DNA from: Tubiluchus corallicola | Lineage: Eukaryota > Animalia > Priapulida | DNA length: 64,000 nucleotides | NCBI GenBank assembly: GCA_030141605.1 | Contig: JAQGDQ010000498.1 | Location: forward strand, 1 to 64,000 | Direction of reading: 5' to 3' | In this document: positions 1 to 11,600 of the stretch, piece after piece | Numbering within the stretch: the first letter of the stretch is position 1 | Layout: each line of letters starts with the position of its first letter | The notes under the pieces: model-generated | What the model was told of the DNA's origin: nothing | Seen by the model: the letters and a program-made list of their open reading frames with translations, nothing else | Database searches by the model: none | Position numbers and translations under genes: made by a program

Positions 1-305
1 AACATTAGCAATTGATGAGTAATAGAGTAACATTAGCAATTGATGAGTAGTAGAGTAACATTAGCAATTGATGAGTAGTAGAGTAACATTAGCAATTGAT
101 GAGTACTAGAGTAACATTAGCAATTGATGAGTAGTAGAGTAACATTAGCAATTGATGAGTAGTAGAGTAACATTAGCAATTCATGAGTAATAGAGTAACA
201 TTAGCAATTGATGAGTAATAGAGTAACATTAGCAATTGATGAATAGTAGAGTAACATTAGCAATTGATGAGTAGTAGAGTAACATTAGCAATTGATGAGT
301 AATAG
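1..305 (+). repeat. 28-bp minisatellite (AACATTAGCAATTGATGAGTARTAGAGT)n, truncated by the window edge, SMG7 intron
   Basis: About 11 tandem copies are read directly; it is the reverse complement of the array at 3788-5148. Confidence 0.97.
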
Positions 306-418
306 TTTAATCTTTTTAAAAAGTTCATGAAAGTAAATGTGAACGTTAGTTCATTCGCTTGAACATTTTTATAAAACAATGTTTTCCAATTGTGTCATTT
401 TCGTATTTTGTATTTTAG

Positions 419-3400
419 TCAAGACGCAACCGTTACCCGAAGACTGGGATCTTCAGTGTTTTCTTCCACTTACCAAAGGACAAAGGTTTCCCATATTTAT
501 TATTTCATTTTCATTACGTGATGTCAGGTGTGGATAGGTTTTCAAAACAGTTTTTTTATGTTATGTTCAGAATTGAATGCTTTGAGTTCAGGTTTTGGTC
601 TGTTACTGTGTCTGCTACTGTTTCTAAATTACTGGGAACACTTGGGTTGTGACACATCAATTTTCTGTGTAATTTGGCTGCTATTTTCTAAGAAATTTAA
701 AGAAATTGACTGAAATTTGATAAACAAAGAAACACCAGGCATTACATATTTACAAGACTGTTTACTGTGATCCCAAGCAGGTATTTCAACGATTATAAAT
801 CGAGGATTTTTTTTTTGAAATTGCAGGATCATTGAAATTGCATTTTTGCAAAAAATTGTATCAACAATAGAAAATTGATTTGTCTGTTTAACTTTTACTC
901 CTCTGCAGTCGAAGTGTTCTGTCTATTTTTATACATTTGATTATATTGCTCTTGTTAAATTTGCAGTTCACTTGACTTTTCCAAAGAGCGGTTACCACCA
1001 GATAAAAATGTTAAACTTCGAGTAGCGAGACTGGTTGAGCACGGGCAGTGGCTGGGAACGGAAATGGCAAGGTACGGTGTCTCAGATGTGTCAGCTGAAT
1101 TGTTTGTATTTGCTATAGCATTAGTGTTTCTCATATTTGCTGATAAATAATGGAGTTGAGACGGTTAATTTTATAGCGTATTTTTCCCATGTTAATGTCA
1201 GCCAATAAACTAACCAGCTAAGAGCTTCAATAGTAAGAGTGATTTCTAAGTTGCTTTAAAATGCATTTGCATTTATATTGCACTTTATTGCATTCATTTG
1301 TAGCATGAATCTTCTCAAAGTTCACACCGTTAATGGAGGAAAACTGCTTCACTTTGAAACGCCGAAACACCTGAGCAAAACGTTTAGCGTGCCTGGTTTA
1401 GATGATGATGATGGAGACAGGTATCAAGATGCATTGTAGAATTTTTGTTTTTCATTTGCCTCACCAGTGGCGCTAGTGGGAATAGCAGTTAAACTTATTA
1501 ACCAAGTGGCCTACGAAATATCTGTTTATCGGAGAATAAAAATATAAACAAACGTGATTTTGTCTATAAACTTTATTTTGTTTTGTCTTGGTAAGCAGTC
1601 CCGTCATAAAAGAAGTGATTAATGTGTAAGAATAGTTCAAACTTAGATTAGTCTGAAGTTAGTATGCCACTGCCTCATTTTGCTGTTGTTTCTAGGTTTA
1701 GGGAGGCACAGATGAGAATGAATTGCAGTTCACTAGAAGCACACATGTATTCTAATTTCCTTGCGTCTTCTCCACAGTGCTCCTGTGGCTCCTCCTAGGA
1801 ATGATGCTAAGCATTTTGTTCAACACTGTCCACTTTATCAACAATTGCAGTTCACTAGAAGCACACACGTATTCTAATTTCATTGCGTCTTCTCCACAGT
1901 GCTCCTGTGGCTCCCCCTAGGAACGATGCTAAGCATTTTGTTGAACACTGTCCACTTTACCAACAAATCCTATCCTATCTATCCTATAAATGAGCTCACT
2001 CGGAATAATATCCAAATCCTACTATCTAGCGATATCTCACTGCCTCCTGATTCTAACAATGCTATAGTATCTGCTGTCATTTTGTTCATTATACATTGTG
2101 GACACTTTAATTAATTAAATTAAATCTACAGTATGGTAATAATGTCTGAATTCTGCCTTACAGAGCAAATTATTTATACTTTTGCTTTCCCGTGACCCTT
2201 AACACTTTTGCTTTCATTTTACTCTTTCATTAGCTTCATCATCTCTCATTCTATTTTGATAGTTTTACGTCAACATTAAACACATCATTACCAAGCTGTT
2301 CTACCCTTTTTCACACCTGCTTTTCAACAGACAAGTTACATAACTTTCTGAATCTCGTTAATCTCATTCTTACCTATAGAATAACTAAGAATTTCTAAGA
2401 ATCATGTGCCTATGGAACTTTATAAGTGACGGTGTCTACTCTCTGAAAGGCTTTTATACAGGCTTTACCTGTTAGCCTTTATTTTGATCTGACAAAAACA
2501 TCACAATTACAAGTAAATTTATAATTAGTATGATAGGCACTTAATGAAATGCTGATACAGCCGATAAATAAAGATACATAAATAAAAAACCATCACAATC
2601 AGCATTTGATTAGTACCCAATGTACTTATGATAAATGTACTTGTGATTGTGATGTTTTTTTGTGAAATAAAACTATTGTTTAAACTAATATCTGAAGTTA
2701 ATGTATTATTCGGTGGTGTGACTTTTTCAGGCAAATTCCTGTCAGAGTTGAAAACGGTGATTTTCATGGACGAAAACTGGAGAAAAGCGTGAATTTTTCA
2801 TTTGATAAAACCGCGAGTAAAAATGATGGTAATTTGTCGTCAAGGACCAGGAAAGGCGGTAAAGATGAAAGAATCGAGTCAAAATCCGTGCCGGAAAAAG
2901 GCATCATGCGGAAAGGGGGTCAACGAACTGGCTTCGTGTTTAATGGAACCGAAGGTGGGATGAGGTCACACAGGTATGTAGGATTCACCTGGTGTTGATT
3001 AACTTTAATTTATGTTTTATCCTATTTTAGAAAAATATTTTTTCCTGTTTATTTTCTAACTACCAAAGGCCCCACAAAAAATTTTGCGTATAAATTCACT
3101 TATAATCTATAATGTGCGAACATCCTACACAGTGTTCATGTTTAATGCAAAGCAAGTAGCAGGTTTTACTGAAGCAAAGTTGTCTAAGCAGAGTACAATG
3201 GAGTGACATCAGAACAATGCAAAACCTCATTTCCCAAAATGGAACCTCCAATCAACTTTTTGCCACACCTCTTGGTGAAGGTGTCCTCAAGTACAACCCA
3301 CATTGCTGCATAGCCCTGTTCCTCCTCTTGTCAAAGAGCTTCTTTTCAAGATTCCTACCAGGCGCCGCTAGAATGTTTTTTCTACACGATGTTTTGTCAA

Positions 3401-5628
3401 GATTTTGAAAAAATCAGGAGTTGGGTCCGGGAAAATGCCCGTTGCAAGAAACTTTGGCTCTCCCGCGAATGCGCGCTACACCCAATGTTAAACGGGCTAT
3501 CCAACCATTACCAGCACCCTCCCTGATCCGTTCTCGATCTCTAGAAATAAGAGGTGTATGTTTTGTAAAAAACGGGCACAAATGCCCGTTCTCGCGGTGG
3601 CCCCGATTTGGCAAATAAGTCCCCAATGGTAAATAACTGGTTTGAGACCTTTCGTTTGATATGTAGCTTGTCGAAAATGGTGCCATCCTTGGAGTTGTAG
3701 CCTTGAATCTTATGTATATGTATATCAATCCAGATACCACCGAAATTAATTGTACAAATAATCATTTGTATGAATTACTTAATTATCACTAATGTTACTC
3801 TATTACTCATCAATTGCTAATGTTACTCTACTACTCATCAATTGCTAATGTTACTCTATTACTCATCAATTGCTAGTGTTACTCTATTACTCATCAATTG
3901 CTAATGTTACTCTACTACTCATCAATTGCTAATGTTACTCTACTATTCATAAAAAATTGCTAATGTTACTCTATTACTCATCAATTGCTAGTGTTACTCT
4001 ACTACTCATCAATTGCTAGTGTTACTCTATTACTCATCAATTGCTAATGTTACTCTACTACTCATCAATTGCTAATGTTACTCTACTACTCATCAATTGC
4101 TAGTGTTACTCTATTACTCATCAATTGCTAGTGTTACTCTATTACTCATCAATTGCTAATGTTACTCTACTACTCATCAATTGCTAATGTTACTCTATTA
4201 CTCATCAATTGCTAATGTTACTCTATTACTCATCAATTGCTAGTGTTACTCTATTACTCATCAATTGCTAGTGTTACTCTATTACTCATAAATTGCCAAT
4301 GTTACTCTACTACTCATCAATTGCTAATGTTACTCTATTACTCATCAATTGCTAATGTTACTCTACTACTCATCAATTGCTAATGTTACTCTACTACTCA
4401 TCAATTGCTAATGTTACTCTATTACTCATCAATTGCTAATGTTACTCTATTACTCATGAATTGCTAATGTTACTCTACTACTCATCAATTGCTAATGTTA
4501 CTCTACTACTCATCAATTGCTAATGTTACTCTACTACTCATCAATTGCTAATGTTACTCTATTACTCATCAATTGCTAGTGTTACTCTATTACTCATCAA
4601 TTGCTAATGTTACTCTACTACTCATCAATTGCTAATGTTACTCTACTATTCATCAATTGCTAATGTTACGCTACTACTCATCAATTGCTAGTGTTACTCT
4701 ATTACTCATCAATTGCTAATGTTACTCTATTACTCATCAATTGCTAATGTTACTCTATTACTCATCAATTGCTAATGTTACTCTACTACTCATCAATTGC
4801 TAATGTTACTCTATTACTCATCAATTGCTAATGTTACTCTATTACTCGTCAATTGCTAATGTTACTCTATTACTCATCAATTGCTAATGTTACGCTATTA
4901 CTCATCAATTGCTAGTGTTACTCTATTACTCATCAATTGCTAATGTTACTCTACTACTCATCAATTGCTAATGTTACTCTATTACTCATCAATTGCTAAT
5001 GTTACTCTATTACTCATCAATTGCTAGTGTTACTCTATTACTCATCAATTGCTAGTGTTACTCTATTACTCATCAATTGCTAATGTTACTCTATTACTCA
5101 TCAATTGCTAATGTTACTCTATTACTCATCAATCACTAATGTTACTCATGGAATCTGTTTGCAGGTCTGACAGCAGTAGTTCAGAGCATGGTCATGGTCG
5201 TCAAGTGGCCAATTCCGAAAACAGAAGAGGCCCCCACAGGGCAACAGATACCAGGTGAATTTTTATAAAATCTCCCACTCGTCTTGTTGCCGAAATTATA
5301 AATGACTGTATGATTCTTATCTTGTATTTTTACAAAACAAAATATTAAAAATAAAGCAATTTACTCGTATGAATGATGCGGCTACGTAAACTGGTGTGAA
5401 ATTATCATTGACCTGTTTTTCAGAACTGCAATACAGGAAACCTTAACCGCGGAGAAAAACAAGAATCAAAAAGAGCAGACGGAGAATTACCGAGAGAAAA
5501 AACCCGGTCGCCAAAATGTTGCCATTCAAGTATGTACAATATGAGCAAAGAAAAGTTTGTCTTGTACTAGTGCAGCTTATTCACATTTTTCACAAGTTTT
5601 AAATAGATGAAGTTAAAATTGTAATAAT

Positions 5629-5698
<70 letters not shown>

Positions 5699-8600
5699 TA
5701 ACAATAACAATAACAATAACAATAACAATAACAATTGTACTAGTATTAGTAGTATTAATAATAATTTTCTGGGATAATACCAAAAGTAACTATACTTATT
5801 TCCAAACTGGTCCCGGCACTTGGTCGAACTAACAGTGGTACCATTTTTTACTCTTTGCTATGACTCGGTCGGGAATTGAACCCTCGTCCTCCCGGGTGGA
5901 CACTAGCTTTATAAGTTTCTTGTCTTTGACAGATGTGCTCATGTTTTTGTGTTTCTTTACGGCAGCAGTATTTAAAATAATTGTTTATGAATTTTTCTTT
6001 TGTCATATTGTGCACGTGGATATAATAGGATTGCATGATTTGATGTAAAATGTAGACCTAATAGAACTTGAACGTATCTACGGATGTCTCCTGTGGGATA
6101 TATCTGTTTGCTTCTTTATACATTTCTTTTACTTATGACGCGTGCCCACAAATACGTTTACAAGTACATTCATTTCTAGGTTTGCCGGAAAAAAGCGGGA
6201 AGACGTCTGTCCGAATTTCCCGATTGTCCATATTTTCTGATAGTAAGCTAATACAGTAGGCGGCATGTATTAGACTCACAGTAATGTAGGATTAATCGTC
6301 TAATTGTGTCAAAAATGTCTAGCATGGGCCGCTCCTATGCAAAAGTATATAAAAACTGTCAGCAATTGACTCCAATAACTTCACATAATTGACTCTAAGC
6401 CACTTACACCTCTGACATACAAGCTGCACGTTACACGCTGTTTGGATGTAAACAAAGTGACGGCCCACCAGCTAGTGGTCAACTCGCGAAATAACGGACC
6501 TTGTCCATAGTATGCGGGACTTTCTACGGAGGAGACTTTGTCTGAATTTTCCGGTATCCTTATAAGCGAGGTCAGGCAAATCCAGCTATGAGTGCATGCT
6601 GTTGTAATTGTGCCCCACTTTGTTATGAGTTGGAGTTGATAATAAAGTCATGTGGAACAAACGGAGATGCATTTGGCACATTAAGCCTTTTTTATTATCA
6701 CTGAACATAAAACAACAAAGCAAAAGATCAGAGCTGTCATTCCGCGTAGCTGACATTACTTCCACCTCTACAACTAACTAACTAAGTCAAGTTACAGATT
6801 TCAAGCGAGAAGCCAACCTGGCGCACAAATTAGAATTGGCAGACAGGTCATAACACTAGATAATTTTTTTCAGCTATTTTTTTAGATAAAAAAGTTGCTT
6901 TACTTATTTGCTGTGTCCATTTTGTGATTAGAAATGAATTTTTCTATTTTCTTTAGGCCATAATGCAAAGAAAAAGAGAAAAGGAAGATAACGAGTTAAA
7001 CACACCTCAGCTTCTCCCCTCGGAGTTTCCTCCTCTTCCGTCAGCCAGCCCAGCTAGTCACGTTCACTCTCAGTATAATTTTGTACCAAATCACCCGGAT
7101 AAACACAGTCAGGACACCATTTACTGCCCACCCAGTACACCTCCCCAGTTTCATATGCCTGTTCCGCCCGCTAGACCCTGCGGTCATAGTTACGGACCAC
7201 ACCCTCCTATGGCGTTTCCAATGCCTAATCAGCACCCGCGGTTTATAAACCAGCATTCCACTGAACAGTATAATGCTATCCCTTCACTGCATCCAAATGT
7301 CTCCTCGCCTTTAACAATCAACGCTTCGGATAACGTGAGGAACGCAAATGTTCCGTCACAGCACTTGGCACCGATTGGTGCGCCCTCACCTCGCAACTCC
7401 CCCGTCGGTTATAGAAACGCTCGAGAAGTTCCGCCTCGCTTCGGCGGCATGCCAAACAAGTCTTTGATTCGTGAGTCGGGACATCATGAATCCGCTAATA
7501 CTGACAACTACGCCTTTGACACTTTGCGTAGCGCGCCCGTCAGACGAGACTTCCGCGAGCAAGCCTTCTTTCACCGGGAACCGAAACATGCTGTACCTTT
7601 TCACCAGGAGCTACTCAAGCCGAGATACGATTACAACGCATCGGAGTCGGTACTGAGGAACACCGCGAATACAGGTCATTGTCAGGATAACAGCTTCCCG
7701 GATCATCCTGGAAACATGCAAAATCCCTTCAATTTGCCTCCGGCAGCTCCTTGGCAAAAGCCGATGAAGGAGCCGCTGAGTAACAGCATGGAGGAGTACA
7801 CATCAGACCAGCTCTCAAGCAACAACAACAATTTAGAGTTTGGAATGGATTACGTCATGGGAGCTGCCTTGAAAGACGTTCAAAAGGTTTGTGCTTCTGA
7901 TTTTAAATTAATTATCGCATTCTGCTGTCTGCAATCATCAACTTTTCTCTTACAACGTGTCATGTTTCGCATTTGTAGTCGAGAAATACAGTTTGCTTCA
8001 CAATGTCTAAATCAAACTGCTTTTAATAGACTTTACTTGTTTTGCTATTTAAATGTCTTGCAGAGAGATTTTCATTTTCAGCGTGTAATTGTCTGCAAGA
8101 CAAATAAGTTTTTTTCTTGATTTTTGTCCCATTTTGCAAGTAATTTAAATGAAATGTTTCTGTATGTGTATTTTATGTGTTCGAAATGAAACGAAGTCAA
8201 TAATGATAATTTTAACCGTGAAAACTACCAGACGCATCATAATTTTGCAAGACAAGTTGTTCACTTGTGTACTTCTAAACAGCATTGTTGTTCACTTATG
8301 TACTTCTAGACAGCATTGTTGTTCACTTATGTACTTCTAGACAGCGTTGTTGCTAAGTACTTCTAGACAGCATTGTTGCTAAGTACTTCTAGACAGCATT
8401 GTTGCTAAGTACTTCTAGACAGCATTGTTGCTAAGTACTTCTAGACAGCATTGTTGTTCACTTATGTACTTCTAGACAGCGTTGTTGCTAAGTACTTCTA
8501 GACAGCATTGTTGCTAAGTACTTCTAGACAGCATTGTTGCTAAGTACTTCTAGACAGCATTGTTGCTAAGTACTTCTAGACAGCATTGTTGCTAAGTACT

Positions 8601-11600
8601 TCTAGACAGCATTGTTGCTAAGAACTTCTAGACAGCATTGTTGCTAAGTACTTCTAGACAGCATTGTTGCTAAGTACTAGACTGCGTTGTTGCTAAGTAC
8701 TTCTAGACAGCATTGTTGTTCACTTATGTATTTCTAGACAGCATTGTTGTTCACTTAAGTACTTCTAGACTGCATTGTTGTTCACTTGTGTATTTCTAGA
8801 CTGCATTGTTGTTCACTTATGTACTTCTAGACTGCATTGTTGTTCATTTAAGTACTTCTAGACTGCATTGTTGTTCACTTATGTATTTCTAGACAGCATT
8901 GTTGTTCACTTAAGTACTTCTAGACAGCATTGTTGTGCACTTATGTACTTCTAGACAGCATTGTTGTTCACTTAAGTACTTCTAGAGTGCATTGTTGTTC
9001 ACTTAAGTACTTCTAGACTGCATTGTTGTTCACTTATGTATTTCTAGACAACATTGTTGTTCACTTATGTACTTCTAGACAGCATTGTTGTGCACTTATG
9101 TACTTCTAGACAGCATTGCTGTTCACTTAAGTACTTCTAGACAGCATTGTTGTTCACTTATGTACTTCTAGACAGCATTGTTGTGCACTTATGTACTTCT
9201 AGACAGCATTGTTGTTCACTTATGAACTTCTAGACAGCATTGTTATTCACTTATGTATTTCTAGACAGCATTGTTGTTCATTTAAGTACTTCTAGACAGC
9301 ATTGTTGTTCACTTATGTATTTCTAGACAGCATTGTTGTTCATTTAAGTACTTCTAGACAGCATTGTTGTTCACTTATGTATTTCTAGACAGCATTGTTG
9401 TTCATTTAAGTACTGCTAGACTGCATTGTTGTTCACTTATGTATTTCTAGACAGCATTGTTGTTCATTTAAGTACTTCTAGACAGCATTGTTGTTCACTT
9501 ATGTATTTCTAGACAGCATTGTTGTTCACTTATGTACTTCTAGACAGCATTGTTGTGCACTTATGTACTTCTAAACAGCATTGCTGTTCACTTAAGTACT
9601 TCTAGACAGCATTGTTGTTCACTTATGTACTTCTAGACAGCATTGTTGTGCACTTATGTACTTCTAGACAGCATTGTTGTTCACTTAAGTACTTCTAGAC
9701 TGCATTGTTGCTTTTTCTTGTAGAAAGGAGATGGAGGAATCTACGGAATGTTACAAGCGGATGCCAGTGATAAAGGGTACGTTGTCAGTGAAATTAGTGA
9801 TAAAGGGTACGTTGTCAGTGAAATTAGTGATAAAGGGTACGTTGTCAGTGAAATAAGTGATAAAGGGTACGTTGTCAGTGAAATTAGTGATAAATGGTAC
9901 GTTGTCAGTGAAATTAGTGATAAAGGGTACGTTGTCAGTGAAATTAGTGATAAAGGGTACGTTGTCAGTGAAATTAGTGATAAAGGGTACGTTGTCAGTG
10001 AAATTAGTGATAAAGGGTACGTTGTCAGTGAAATTAGTGATAAAGGGTACGTTGTCAGTGAAATTAGTGATAAAGGGTACGTTGTCAGTGAAATTAGTGA
10101 TAAAGGGCACACTAACAATGAAATCACGGTAATTCGGATCAATGGAAAGTAGTCCCGTATACTGTTAGGTTGTTATTAAAAGTTACAAGAAATTACTGCA
10201 TTGATTTTTTCATAGTGTTTCGTCCTTCTGTGTTTTTAAAATTTTGAGTCACTTGAAAACTTGCTTGTTTTTGTAATTGTGTTTTTTATTTATGAGGCTT
10301 TTTTGCTTCTATTTCAGTTTTGCGTTCAAAGATGAGAATCCAGTGATCACATCTCCGGTGGCTAACACTTACTCCCTGTTTAACTCTCCTTGGACAATGG
10401 GTTTATCATCGGTGTCTCAAAAAGGTACTCAACTTGACTCAGCTTGCTTAATGTCATTTCTTATTTGCAGCTTGACCTTGAGACCGTGTTGTGTCGATTG
10501 TCAGCCTCACTTATTCACCCGGCTGATAATTTTTCATCATACTTGTTAAGAAAGATTGTGAAAAGAGGGTATCTTATCGGGTGGCCCAAAAACTCCACTT
10601 GAATTAAAGTACAGTAGCCGTGAAAGTATGGTTGGAGCCGGAATAAAGATTCGTGTCAAGTGTCGAGGAAAATGAGTTCAAACTTTTGTTAAAAAGTGCA
10701 TCAGAAGTAGTGACTTTCTGTTTCTCAACTGTGCTCATGCATGTCTCTCATCAGGGATGCACTTTAGCCAAGTCAGTATTGCTTTACGCTTCAGTTTGCT
10801 TATTTCATACTGAAGAAATTATCAGACGCTTCTTCAATGAAACTTGGGGTCACTTGTTCTATTCAGAGTTTAAGTAATGTATCCTGTGAATGTATGTAAT
10901 TAGGTATTTAAAACAAGCAGCCAATAGGGGTGAGCATTCGCTACCAGAAAGCAAATTTAAATCGAATCGAATTTGTGATTTGCATTCAAATCGAACCAAA
11001 TTTCAGTATTTCGAATCCGAATTGGATTTGAAAAATTTTCCAACAAGTTTTCGAACCACTAGTAAGAAGTGGTCTTACAAAGATCATGCATATTGCTTTT
11101 GTTCTGCAGTAAAACTACTATTAGTTTGTTAAAAATTTTGCACAGAAACTGTAGCTGAATTGCTCTAATTGCATGATGTTTCAAACATTTTAATGATAAA
11201 GAACGTATGTGGCTAAAATGCCGAATCACTTGAATGTCTAATTTTAGGTTCGAATTGAATTCAAACTAAAAAAACTCGTTCGAATCGAATTCGAACTTGC
11301 TTCGCTGCTTGGGGTGAGCAAATTTATGGAGCACTAGGGCATCATGTCTCCATGACCTGGCTGTCATAGATACGTGTTTTTAGTGTTTTATCTGTGACAA
11401 AACTCTGGCACTTAGGTTCATCAATTTTTGCACCATCGGCAGACCAGCCACGGGTACCACGTTAGGTTCATCAATTTTTGCACCATTGGCAGACCAGCCA
11501 CGTGTGCCACGTGAGGTTCATCAATTTTTGCACCATCGGCAGACCAGCCACGGGTGCCACGTTAGGTTCACCAATTTTTGCACCATCGGCAGACCAGCCA

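Noticed and set aside
1-5148. Foldback transposon with repeat-rich TIRs capturing exons
   Set aside because: The enclosed exons are collinear and phase-compatible with the rest of SMG7; no transposase or TSD is visible, and the left end is outside the window.
6963-8120. 385-aa ORF as a standalone gene
   Set aside because: It is SMG7 exon 6957-7886 plus intron read-through.
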